A DNA stretch of 52,341 bases, filler included, from Dimargaris cristalligena (taxonomy: Eukaryota): assembly GCA_003614675.1 (NCBI GenBank). It is 3 parts of 3 records of this genome, joined end to end, with 100 filler letters (N's around TTAATTAATTAA, not from the genome) between each part and the next. Parts side by side here need not be neighbours in the genome. Positions count along the whole stretch, not along the records: positions 1 to 17,406 come from ML002804.1; 2 more parts are not named here. One strand, written 5' to 3'. Positions 1 through 11,409 of this stretch are shown here, one piece after another. The translations under genes were made by a program, and so were the position numbers. A model generated the notes under the pieces. The model was not told where the DNA came from. It was given only the letters and a program-made list of their open reading frames with translations, and searched no databases. Positions within the stretch are counted from its first letter, which is position 1. The number at the start of each line of letters is the position of its first letter.

Positions 1-2245
1 GGTTACAAATTCCCACCATAGATTACCCCCACTCTATGCCTTTGTTTGGTTTGGTTTAGTGGATATGGCCCAAGAACACCCAAGGTTGATGGCATTGTAT
101 TGTTTTACCCAGGTAACTGCTATTGCCACCACTACTACTACTATTGTCAGCCAAATGGTACACCGCCATCCCCCGAGTGAATGTCACGTGCTATATTAAG
201 TCGCTCCGTTGTTCACCGCCAACAGGCTGTTTAGAGGGGGGAGAGATGGCGCTGCTTTCTTCAGCGCGACTGTCGCAGATTACCAGGCCGTGTCACCCCA
301 AAGGGCAATGCCAACCCCACAGTGATCTTACATATGACCCGGCCAATCCCTCGGTGAGATATGCGTCAATAAAAGCAATGTGCTATTTAAGCCTAGGGGT
401 GGATTTGAGATATGGTCGTAGTCGTACAGGGGCTGATTACCAACTCACAGCAATCGTCCTGAGATAGTCTTTTGAGGTTAAACATGGGTCTCTATATAAC
501 GGTACTCACCCCCTTACTATATTTAATATAGTGTCGAAATCGCCTTACCTGAACCTCAACGGGGCGCCATTCCCGCTCCAACCCCAAGGCTAGACTAGTT
601 AAGAGGAGGTGTGTAGGCAAATCTAGGTTGAGAGGGTGGGCCGTCTCAGCTTACAGATAGCAGGAGCCACCTTCCCCTTCTGCAAATGGGGCTAATCTAC
701 GGTTAGAAACGGGAAGATCGACTCGGATTAAATTGGGTGGACAGCAGTCGGCTTAAATCACTAGATAAATGAAGCTCGGCGATCGCTTAAAAGTGAAATC
801 GCCCACTCTTCGCTTGGGCTCCACCATTGATTTAGCCAGTGAATTTTTAATGACGAGAGAGGGAGAGACCTACTTAAGCAGTCCAACTTCATAAGTAACA
901 AGGATCGTCTTATAGGTTAATTAATAGTCGAGGGTCTACGGGAATCGCCCATCATGCTCGAAGTCACCCCGTTTGTTTTTTTTATCTTGACTAACGGATC
1001 TCCCCCCCCCTTGTCGTGAGGGTTAGGGTAGGAAACTTAATTGGCGTACCAACACCGGGCTGGTCCTACCTTCCTGATTTAGGAAATACGGATCAGATGC
1101 CAGGCCTCTTGGCAAGGATTTTATTAAAGAGAGGACATTGAATCGTACCTTCTGCACACACCCTTTTTCGCAGCTTTCCAATTGAAATAAAGGTCCGAGA
1201 TCTCGCATACGATACGTTCTTACCGAAGTGGACTTGACACGGACACTCGGGGGGGAGGAGGGCTCTCTAACTACACGAAATATAATATGTCTAATTGCTG
1301 AACTGAGCCCTACTTAAGCCTCATTCTTGCGTGCCCCACTTTTTTAACATGCCCCAGGAGGGCTATTCACCTGCAGTGTGTAACTTGGCTTGTTCATTGG
1401 TGAAACGGACCAATTTCGGTGTTTTCATAGTCGGGGTTGATCCCTCTCACTCATTACTGGAATACGGGTCAGTGCGGCTCTATATATAGGGCGGCCCCAG
1501 ACTGGATTTCGGTTTGCGCAAACCAGCATTCCCAGGACACCATGCTCCGGGAGCATGAAATCTCCACCAACCCCTATAGGCTTGCAGACTATTAAACCAC
1601 CAACGGCCTGAGTTTCCCAGCCGAAATGGAGTCCTCCGCGTTACGTCCCGAATTCACCGCTACTACTAGGTGGTGGCCCGACGCGTTTTAATGGAAGGTG
1701 GGAAACGGGGCAAAGTAATAAAGGTGTGCTTTGCCTCAGCGGAAAAGACCGGATAGGGTTGGCCGGCCGAATTACTTCATTTATAACGTGGGGGGGAGGT
1801 TAGAGGGTATCAGCAGCACGGGACGATCGCGCAGGGGCGGGCGGGACAACTGCGAATATAATATTACAGACGGGCCAATAACCAAGGCACTGGGTGGGAA
1901 TCCGAACCTAGGGTATATTATTTAGCGGGGGGTTCGATTGCCATCCGTATAACCAAACAAAGGCATAGAGTGGGGGTAATCTATGGTGGGAATTTGTAAC
2001 CCGCCACTATTGGGAGGCACTAGCCCTTCGAGAGCTGGCTGGGTCACCAGTTCCTCACCCACCGTTTAATGGGAGAAGGTGCTATTCCCCCCTTCTATGA
2101 ACGACTCGTTATTCTGACAGCCGTTTGCTCTTTATTCTCCCTTCCGTTTCGCTGGAGGGGGTATATAGAGTAGTCTCGCGTGTGGGAGTCCCCAGCTGAG
2201 GAGAAGGGTGTAAACGGAGACTCACCACGCCCCATATATCGGTCA

Positions 2246-2285
2246 CTCTCTCTCACTCCCTCTCTCTCTCTCTCTCTCTCTCTCT
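2246..2285 (+). repeat. (CT)n microsatellite / polypyrimidine tract
   Basis: ctctctctcactccctctctctctctctctctctctctct seen directly. Confidence 0.85.
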
Positions 2286-2738
2286 ACGTCTCCCTCTTGT
2301 GCTGCCCACCCGCGAAGGTCGGGCAACTATCCCCCGCTGCGTATACTTGAGTGGGTGGAGGATGGGGGGGGATTGCCACGGCTGTCTCTAATCTTCATTA
2401 AAGGGGAGGGGGGTGTGGGAGAGAGGACGAGAAAAAGACGGATCAACAAAAAAATAAGGAGGCTCATCATCATCCTCTTCATCAACCATTGGGATGCGGA
2501 GAAGAAAAAAGAGGAACGCCCGCCACTACTCCCATTTCTCCCTTTACTCTGTCTCCCTAACTCCCACTGGCATTGGCTGTCTCCCCCTGACACGGGGGTT
2601 CGCAGGTCACCGCCATGCGTGACCAGGTTGTACACTTGGAATCGCCCCAACTGTAGTGACGCACCCTGCGTAGGCTCAGGGGAACTCTTCTCTTTTTATC
2701 CGCAACGGTAGGCCGTTGGACCAGGGTGGTACGGCCAG

Positions 2739-2885
2739 GGAAGTGGTGTGACGGGGATCCTGCCTGAGCAGCCCTGGTGGAAGTTGGTGTGGCCTTTGCT
2801 GAGCGACCATATCGGGTGCTGCGTCGAGTCAGGGGAGGTTGTTGTGGTCTTTGCTGAGCAACCGTCGGGTACGCTGGTCAGGGGA
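2739..2885. repeat. Imperfect tandem repeat, about 55-nt period (2 clear units plus a degenerate first unit)
   Basis: ggaagttggtgtggcctttgctgagcgacc..tcgggt..gtcagggga is repeated as ggaggttgttgtggtctttgctgagcaacc.tcgggt..gtcagggga; a partial ggaagtggtgtg..ctgagcagcc lies upstream. Confidence 0.6.
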
Positions 2886-4004
2886 AGGGCAGGCGAGTGA
2901 AGAGGGAGGAGTGAAAGCGCAAGGCAGCCAGGGAGAGAGAGAGAAAAATGAGGAGAGTGATGCTAAGGGGAAAAGGCTTTAATAGACAGGCCAGCGGTTG
3001 TTGACCAACAATCCAAGGGCGATCCCCACCGCATTCCGAACGTCGTTGGCTGTATGCGGGTGGGTTTAGATTTTACTTCACCCACCCTCTCCAACTAACA
3101 ACGGCATTCATTCAATTACTATTCTCTCTCTCTCTATATGCATGCATTCAATGGATGTATGCGGTCTATTTTATTTTATGGTATTCTATTCTATTATTCA
3201 CTACTCAATCCCTCTGTTCTTTCAGCCTAGTCTATAGCCTGGCCTCTTTCCCAGTTGGCGGGGGATTGTCATAATGGCTTCTCTCTTTATTGCTCTGTGG
3301 TTGTTGAGCTGGTGTGGTGGTGAACCGCATTCATTCGACTGTACTTTTTTTTTCGCTCTCTGTGGTTGGCTGGTCACGCGGTGAGGGGTGGGCAGTGCCG
3401 CCACTTATTTAAGCCAGTGGCCGCCCCGCCGCTCTTTCCTTTCCTCTGCCTCTTCATCCCGCCTTCTCTCCCTCTCTCTATTTCTTTCTGCATTGGCTCT
3501 CTCTCTTAAGCTGCCCATCCATTCCCCTCCTCTTCCCTTTCTCTCTCTCTCTCTCTTCCCGGGACTTGTTGTTATTATCATTACTATTATTACTATTCCC
3601 GTATATAAAATAACTCTCCCTACATTTTAACCTGTCAATTATACTACCTACCTAATAGATAATCCTCCCCCTTCATTGCGTGTATCATTTTTTTCATATA
3701 TATTATTCATACTCCCCTCATTAGCACATCTTTCTTCTCTTCCCTTAATACCTGTTAGCATAATTCCCCCCATTAACTCGGACTCGCTGGCTATAGCCCG
3801 ACCAACCTCTCTTTAGATCCTAGTCTAACCGCATTTCCCCCCTTCTGTTCACCTTTTTACTGTATCATTCGGTTCCTCATTTCCCTTCGCTTTTCTAATT
3901 ACTTGTACCAAAATTTAGCGACCATCCAACGTCGCCTCTTCCATAGCATATCGCTGTATATTTGTAACCCGTTTTATTTCAAGCCATACCTCCTTCCGGG
4001 CACT

Positions 4005-4565
4005 ATGTCTTCCGCCAGCCAATTCTCGTCCCTGCCCCGTCGTTCCCAGTCCGCTGCGTTACCCGAGCCGCTCCCCTTCTCCGTCAGCCCCGTGGTCCTG
4101 GCTCCCCAGCCGGCCCCCGTCCTACGTGCCTTTTCTATGCTGGACCTGCCGGCCTACCCCCATGTCGTGGTTGCCCCTCTCCCCAAAAAGCCTTACGAGG
4201 TGGCTGAGCTGACCAACGATGACGACGCCGCCAGCGCCGAACTATTCGAAATCCTGTGCGGTTCATCCACCTCTTCTCGCCCCTCCTCCCTCTACTTTGA
4301 CAGTGAGAGTGGAGCTGACGACCTTAGTGATGACTCTTCCCTCTACAGTGTCGGTCCTTCTGATTCGCCCTACCCCCTCGACCTCTGGGCACCTTCCCCC
4401 ATTTCGCGCACCAGTAACCCCGCCCCTAGCGAGGACCATTTGGCCCTGGACTTTTCGGCATCTTTCTTCATGCGCTCCCTCCCCCAGGACCAGTATCTTG
4501 CCGCCCGGCCTCGCTCCCTAAGCGTTGCTACTGTTGACGGTCATATGGCCACCCCCGCGTTTTAA
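4005..4565 (+). CDS. Hypothetical Ser/Pro/Asp-rich disordered protein (186 aa)
   Basis: ATG at 4005 (MSSASQFSSLPRRSQS...), C-ending codon bias like neighbouring genes, TATA-like TATTTAA at ~3406 followed by a long pyrimidine-rich leader, AATAAA at ~5396. Confidence 0.65.
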   Translation: MSSASQFSSLPRRSQSAALPEPLPFSVSPVVLAPQPAPVLRAFSMLDLPAYPHVVVAPLPKKPYEVAELTNDDDAASAELFEILCGSSTSSRPSSLYFDSESGADDLSDDSSLYSVGPSDSPYPLDLWAPSPISRTSNPAPSEDHLALDFSASFFMRSLPQDQYLAARPRSLSVATVDGHMATPAF

Positions 4566-6216
4566 GTGCCTCTTGCCATCCAGTGGTTACACCCTGTCTT
4601 TTGAGGTGCATCATGCGGAGGTTCTGGGGTGTGTGCCTTTGTGTAAGGAGGATAATACGCCTTGGTATCTGGGAGGGTTGGTTAGAGCACTCTTTTTACG
4701 TTAGGGTGTCAATTGAGTGATGACTTCTCTCCCCTGCCTTTCACTTACTTGCTGATTGTAATGGATTCCTATTCCAAGTTTTGCTGGCTACGATAATTGT
4801 ACATATCTCTCTCGTTGCCCACCTCCGTTTTTTACATTTCGCTTTACTTCGATCCCTCGTAATTGTGTACTCTGCATTTTCTAATTCATTTGTGTCATAT
4901 TTTGGCTTCGGATAATGGCCGAGGTTCACCCACTATTGGATCTCGCTTTCCATTTTCCGGCCCTCTTACACTCTCCGTGAGTGCCTTTTTACCATTTGTC
5001 ATTCTAGTGTTTCATTTAATTCACAGTCCCCTGGACTCATATTCTGCAGTGTGCTTGCCATTCTAGTCATAATTTCATTTATTCCGCTCGTCGCCAACCA
5101 AACTTAGTCTCGTTGCCCCCTTTTCCTTATTTTGATCGTATTTTTTTCGACTGTTGTACATTTGGATTCTGGACTTGAGTTAGCCATGCTTGCCGACCCA
5201 TCCTTTTTTTTTTGCAATCGTTACCGACTCGGCAACTCATGCCACTTTTGCATCCATTTTATATCCCCCAAAATCAAATAGCCTTGCCGCATCCATTTAC
5301 CAACCCCTAAATTCATCCAGCTTGGATTTTCCACCCAAGTTTATATTCCGTGTGCCTCGTTAATTTCAAGCGGCGTAAATAATGTATTCTAACGTAATAA
5401 ATTCTTAATCGTGCTTTATATTGACTTCAATTCATTTGAGAATTGCGCGGACCACTTTCGAATACCGATTTATTCTCCTAGTTAATATAACCATTTTGGC
5501 CCGTAGAACCATCTCTGTGGATGGGATCCCCCCCTGTAGCTTTGTTGCCAGTGCATTTTACCAATACAGATATATACCTCCTTGCTTTCATCCGGTAGAC
5601 GTAATGTTACTAATTGCAACTGCCCCTTCCCATCTCCTTTTTCTACAGTAAGATCCCTCCATCTGAATTACCTCTACAACTACTATTAAACTACCCCCCC
5701 CGTCTTCACAGTACTGGTAGAGTAACACTGGCTTTCAGAGGCTAGGCAGGTGTGTAAGGCATATATAGTAGTGTTGGAGGTTTTCCCCCTTCCCTTTGAA
5801 TTAGAATTCAATTCGCTGAATGGGGCCTGGTATTTATAATTCACTCTTGGCTTGTGAGTGATTCCGGATAATATAAAGGGGGTAAAACTAGGAGTGCTAT
5901 GCTATGGCCCAACTACACCACTGTGTCGTCAAATTAAAGGCACACCCACCCTTGCCGCATTTTACTAGTCACTCTAACTAACTTGGTGCATCACTCCCTC
6001 CTTCCCCTGAGTTGACCTCTGCGCATTCTATCAAGGGTAGCTTGTTAACAATGGCATGTTTTATATTGAAGCAAGATTCATGTGGTGGCTGGGAGAGACA
6101 TTCCTAAGCGAGTTAGGTTTGGCAGCCTCTCAATAGCGATGCTGTGTGATAATCATTGGGTACTACGGGGTGGGTCTGTTACTCCTAAGGGCAACTGGAA
6201 AAACCATAGGCCACAC

Positions 6217-8044
6217 CTACGCCAGGTTCTCGGGCGGTTGGTTCAAGGTTGGTCCCTGCGGGGTCACGTAAGCGGCCGACAGGCCACCGTCCACCATAAA
6301 ATCGGTTCCCGTAATGTACGACGAATCATCCGACGCCAGGAACAACGCCGCCCGCGCCTGTTCAATGGCTTCCCCTAATAACATAGACAAGATTCAATCG
6401 AGGACAACATGGGGGGGGGTATATGTTAATGTCACTAATTTAAGGACATTGTCGTTGGAGCCGGTTGGGTGAAAAATGGCGAAAGGTCTGTTGAGGGCAG
6501 TCACTTACCAAAGCGGCCTATAGGGAGGTGAACCATGCGCCGTTCCTTCTTTTCGGGCGTGTTTAAAAAATCCATGAGCAGTGGGGTGCGAAGGGGGCCT
6601 GGGCACAGCGAATTCACCCGGATATTTTCGCGGGCATGCACCATGGCCAATTCACGGCTGTAGGATTTGCCATGTAATTGGGATGTTGTATTTAAATGCA
6701 CATAAAAAACAGCTGCGGTTAGCTTGGATGAATATCAGCTAGTAAAATGCATCCATTACTGGTTCATTGTGGCTAGAGACACACGCGCCCATGTCTCTGG
6801 GGCTTGGGGCCAGATGGTCAGTACGACCATTGGGGCGCTATACGGCCGTTATAACGTGCAAATGGTTTAAAATGACCTACCTCATGGCGAGCACCGCGCC
6901 TTTGGAGGCCGTATCTAGGGATAGCGTAACAAACAACCGTCGAAAAATGGGGTGAATATCCATAATATCACTAGATGTACAGTCCATATATTAAAAACAT
7001 AGGACGAAAGGGCTGGTCATATTGTAGACTACAAGGTAATTAAGACAGTGCTTACAGGCAAGTTGAGGGGTGGCCGCACCCATGACAGCCACAAAACTGG
7101 CCGTATTGATAATGGAGCCTCCGCCAGATTGACGCATGGCCAAAATAGCGTACTTGCAACCCCACCATACGCCCTTAAGGTTAATGGCCATAGTCAGGTC
7201 CCTGTAGAAAAAAGGGGATATATACAGATATGAAAATAGGCCAGTTAGCCTACCGAAAGGGGGAGGGGCATTGTTGCCAAATGAGTATGGTGGGGAGACA
7301 TCCGTCCATTCCCTTGGTTTGAAAATGGTAAGCCATGCACCGTTCCACGAATAACCTACCAGATTTTTTCATCAGTGTTGAGGGCATTATCGTCCTGTGG
7401 ATGCATGATTCCCGCGTTGTTAAACATAATGTCCAGTTTACCTATACCGATTACCGGGTGTCCAGGTCATGTTACATGGTAAAGTGAGGGTAAGCAGCGT
7501 TTCAACACATTTACAATGAACGCCAGTCCCACATTTAAACCCCGGGTATTAGCTGTATACGGCGGGGTATTGGGTGATTTCCTAGCCGACCATCCCAGCA
7601 ATAATGACAGTGTTATTCGTTGACCTAGACCTACCATAGAGAGCCACCGCCTTATCAACGAGGGCCTTAACTTGGTCTTCCTTGGACACGTCACAAGCCA
7701 CCGCGATGGCCCGGGGAGTGCCCGAAGGGTCGGCTTCAGAGCGCTGCAGAATCTTGCCCACAGTTTGTCGAGCCGCCGATTCGTTAATATCGGCACAGAT
7801 TACGCGGGCCCCTTCGTCGGCGAAGAGCAGGGCGGACTGCTGTCCAATACCACTGGACTCCTCGTAAATTAGGGCACAATTGAAGGTGACAGTGAGGGGT
7901 TAGTGCTTGTGAGAAGGAAGGGGGGACGGGCCAAAACTGCAGGAGTTTCAGGAACATGGGAACTGCGCTGGGCCGAGAGAGGTCAGAGATTTACCTTGCG
8001 GCTCCGGTGATGATGGCAACTTTTCCAGCGAGACGGGCAACCAT
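6217..8044 (-). CDS. Short-chain dehydrogenase/reductase (SDR), 7 exons, 278 aa
   Basis: Exons 8044-7995, 7852-7635, 7441-7360, 7201-7056, 6914-6881, 6657-6509, 6374-6217, all GT-AG and phase-compatible (837 nt). Motifs TGAASGIG, NNAG, YTASK (YxxxK), NSLCPG, ITGTDFMVDGG. Confidence 0.93.
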
Positions 8045-8055
8045 GGGACCGAGAA

Positions 8056-8146
8056 NNNNNNNNNNNNNNNNNNNNNNNNNNNNNNNNNNNNNNNNNNNNN
8101 NNNNNNNNNNNNGGGGGGGGAGAGGGGGGGGGGGGGGGGGGGGGGG
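8056..8146. other. Scaffold gap (N) followed by a poly-G run
   Basis: Ns at 8056-8112 and a G homopolymer at 8113-8146, just upstream of the SDR start codon. Confidence 0.95.
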
Positions 8147-9042
8147 TAGATGCGGGGTAAAAGGGGATATACTTCGCCTTGAGCGGGGTATTCTGGTCAC
8201 AATGCAGAGCGAAAGAATTCGGGAAATAAGTAACTACCGAGAACTTCGAGTCAACAGTCACAGCGGAGAGTGAAAGGTTATCAAGAGTATAAAGAATACA
8301 AAGAATACAAAGAGGGAAGTAGAAGTAGAAGGATATTGAGAGGGCCCTTACCAGAGCATATTCCCGATGAAACAAGCGGGGCTGCAAAAGAGAACTCCAG
8401 TCACTAACCGAGGCGGTGTGGGAGAATGTATGCATAGAACCCTCTCCCGGGTGTATGCGTGGGAAAGGCCCACCACACCACAGCCAAATCAATGAAGTCG
8501 CCTTGCCTTGCCTTGCCTCGGCTGGGCTTGGTCTGCAGACCAAGGGTGTCGCATCGACCAGGCTATTTACCCAAGTTACCATCACAAACCTTCGTTATAG
8601 GCCATGTGCAGCCGCCAACTGAGACCGTCGCTCCCGAACCACTTCCCGCACGTGACCTGGTAAGGCAAGCGACCCCCCCGAGCGATGAGCGAACGATAGC
8701 CGATCCCGACAATCCCTAGACATAAGAGGGAAATATAAATTAGGCAAAAAGTTACGAAATCCCGAATCCGGGTATGTTTAAATAAAATACTAAATATAAG
8801 CTTCACTAGTTAAGATCTTCGATACCTCTATACGCCCCCACTCGGACCGAGACGCATTGGTAAATTCTCCCCCAGTCCAACTCGACCGCCCTGTTATACA
8901 TGGTATGTCATATAGTTTAAAATCGGATTCTACGGATGAGGGTTTTATTAATAATAATAAAATAAAAACAGTATCTAGTCAGGCTAAAATCCATACAACG
9001 TAGAAGGGGGGCCGGGGCAGGTGGGGCCTCTCTGAGAAAAGC

Positions 9043-10623
9043 TTAGGCCAGTTGCACCGAGGTCGACTTGAGGCTCTGGGGTTCGGTGGCTGACACCGTC
9101 AATGCCCGTTCAGCGGACACCGTAAAGGTCACCTGCACCTGGGATTGTTCGGGAAGGCCTTCCAGCACCAGCTCAGCCAACAATTGGTCCACCACTACTT
9201 CGGTGTGGCGCTCTTCCCCAGCCTCGTCGTCGCTATCTTCGGGGACGGACATGGTAACCCGTTGCTCAACCTTGCCCTGGGCAACCGCCACATAGGCGTA
9301 CGTAAAAGGGGTGGTTACCGTGATGGTGCGGCTGACGGGCAGCGGGGTGTAGCGCGGCACCACCGTGGCAAACTTGTCGCCTAGCTGTAAGCCCAGAGGC
9401 TGGGTGGTGGCTGAGACGACGGTCGTCTGCGAGGCGGAAGCGGCCCCGAGGATACCGTTGGTTACGAGACGGGCCTGGGCCGCACAGCCAAATACCACCA
9501 CCTCATCGGCCTCCAGGTCGGTGCAAACCCGCACCTCAGGGTTCAGGAGCTGCAGCACCTTGGCCTGCAGTTTAAGCACCCGACTGGTACCTCCGACAAA
9601 AATGACCTCGTCGATTTCGTCGGCGTAGATACTGGCCTCGGCGAGGGCCTTTTGTACGCTGGCCTGGATCGAAGGGTACAGCTTGTTGGTCAGTATATCG
9701 AAGCGCGTGCGGTTCAGGACGCAGTGCAGGTCCAGACCTTCGGCCAGCGAGTCGACGGAACAGGGGGCGGAATTGCTGCTCGACAGCGTACGTTTGGTGA
9801 TCTCGCTGCCTAGGGCCAATTTGGCGTGGGCCCGGGCATTTCCGGTGATGTCAAGTTTGGTCTGCTTCTTAAACTCGGCCTGCAAGTGGGCCCACAGCAA
9901 CTGGTCGTAGGCCTGGCCGCTGAATTGGGAGTTGTGAACGGTCGAGACCACGTTGTAAAGGCCACCGCGGATAGCCACCACGGCCACCGTGGTCGATTGG
10001 GCACCTGCGTCAACCACAAGGGTGTTGCTATCCTGGGGCTCCTGGGGGGTGCTGGTTTGGCCCAGACCGTAGGCTAGGACCGCCGCCGGGATCTCGTCCA
10101 CCATCTGAAGCACGTTCAGGCCCGCCTGGCCGGCCAGCGTCCGGAGAGTCTTGCCCTGGGCGGCCGAATAGCTCGAAGGGCACGCCAGAATGACCCCTTC
10201 GATGGAGCGGCCCAGGTAATTCTCGGCCATCTCGCGCAGGCGCTGCAAGAATTTAACGGTAAGTTCCTCGGCGGTAAAGACCGCCTGCCGGCCGTTAAAC
10301 TCAACCTGGAAGCCCACACGGCCTTCCTGGTCCACAACCGTGTTGTTGGGGTAGCGGGCGGCTACCGAAGCCTCGTAGGGGGTACCCACCAACGGTTGGA
10401 AATTGCAAACGGTGTTCCGGGCGTTACGGACGGTCTGGGCCTTGGCCTGATTGCCGTAGAGCTCTTCATTGTCCAAGAACGAGAGAGCGGTGGCAATCTT
10501 GTGCTCACCATCTTCGTTGGCGATGATCTCGGGCTTGTGATCCTTGTTGAGAATCGAGACGCACGAGTACCCCGAGCCGAAGCTAATGCCAATCACGTTA
10601 TCAGGGGTTACCACTGTCGACAT
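9043..10623 (-). CDS. SSZ1: Ribosome-associated complex atypical Hsp70 (Ssz1/HSPA14-like)
   Basis: 526-aa Hsp70 fold with VIGISFG instead of GIDLG, IIANEDG, AAVLAYG, VIFVGGTSRV; truncated C-terminus without lid or EEVD, typical of Ssz1. Confidence 0.88.
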   Translation of the reverse strand: MSTVVTPDNVIGISFGSGYSCVSILNKDHKPEIIANEDGEHKIATALSFLDNEELYGNQAKAQTVRNARNTVCNFQPLVGTPYEASVAARYPNNTVVDQEGRVGFQVEFNGRQAVFTAEELTVKFLQRLREMAENYLGRSIEGVILACPSSYSAAQGKTLRTLAGQAGLNVLQMVDEIPAAVLAYGLGQTSTPQEPQDSNTLVVDAGAQSTTVAVVAIRGGLYNVVSTVHNSQFSGQAYDQLLWAHLQAEFKKQTKLDITGNARAHAKLALGSEITKRTLSSSNSAPCSVDSLAEGLDLHCVLNRTRFDILTNKLYPSIQASVQKALAEASIYADEIDEVIFVGGTSRVLKLQAKVLQLLNPEVRVCTDLEADEVVVFGCAAQARLVTNGILGAASASQTTVVSATTQPLGLQLGDKFATVVPRYTPLPVSRTITVTTPFTYAYVAVAQGKVEQRVTMSVPEDSDDEAGEERHTEVVVDQLLAELVLEGLPEQSQVQVTFTVSAERALTVSATEPQSLKSTSVQLA

Positions 10624-10967
10624 GGTGGCTATAAGATTTAGGAGTATAAGGAGGAGGCAACGAGGGGAGGGGGGGAAACCGGGGAAGGGCAGCGAGAGGA
10701 TGCAGAGAAAGTGAGTGGGACAGATGAGGGTTGCAATAGACGAAGGGCTCTTTTACTCGAGTCACAGTGGTGGATGGTGGTAGTTTGGGCGCCTACCGAA
10801 AAAAAAATGGTACAAAAAGGGGCCAAGGGTAGTAGTAGTAGCAGTGGAGTGACCTAATTGATGAACGTGCCCCCCCCACACATTGATAATTGTGGTGTGG
10901 CAGCACTGCTACTAATATTTTCCCCACTAATCCTTGGGGATGAGAGAAAAAACACCCATTCACCTAC

Positions 10968-11111
10968 ATATGGGAGAAGTTCATTCAGGCTGTATAATGA
11001 AAAATCCATTGGATGAGGCCAATATTACTGGTTAAAAGCTATTCTCGCATATATTCACCCATACATGTATCATATAAAACCTTAAACAGCTGGTTTGAAT
11101 TTCACCCATAT
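10968..11111. mobile_element. ~144-bp MITE-like element, copy 1 (inverted relative to the others)
   Basis: Termini atatgggagaagttcattcaggctgtat ... aaacagctggtttgaatttcacccatat form imperfect TIRs; reverse complement aligns end to end with 17514-17657. Confidence 0.8.
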
Positions 11112-11341
11112 TGTATATGTCTCTGGCTATTTTTTCTGACCCACTGTTGCGAACATTATGTATGAGCCACAGAATTTATCCAATCACCATTATTAGATTA
11201 CTAGCGGGTGCGCTTTACTACCCCATTGGATAGTGCCGGTTTCCACAACCGCCAGGTGTTGATAGAGCCCCCCCTCCTCCTGGAAAGACCGGGTTTAATC
11301 TAATTAGGTTAACCTAATAAGTAGAACTCTTTCATTTGACT

Positions 11342-11409
11342 ATTAAATTTACTGGATTCGGGTCGCTGGTGGAATCGACCGTGTCCGACCCGAATCTAAT
11401 AAATTTAAT
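11342..11409. repeat. 24-bp inverted repeat (hairpin) with ~20-nt loop
   Basis: attaaatttactggattcgggtcg ... cgacccgaatctaataaatttaat, 22 of 24 pairs Watson-Crick. Confidence 0.75.

Noticed and set aside
1925..1956. GGTTCGATT T-loop-like motif followed by CCA
   Set aside because: No cloverleaf, acceptor stem or A-box can be built; not a tRNA
2739..2885. Repeat units as a CRISPR-like array
   Set aside because: Only 2-3 degenerate units, no unique spacers, eukaryotic context, no cas genes
7983..8585. 200-aa ORF with poly-Pro spanning the gap
   Set aside because: Runs through Ns and a G homopolymer in the SDR 5' region; not a credible CDS
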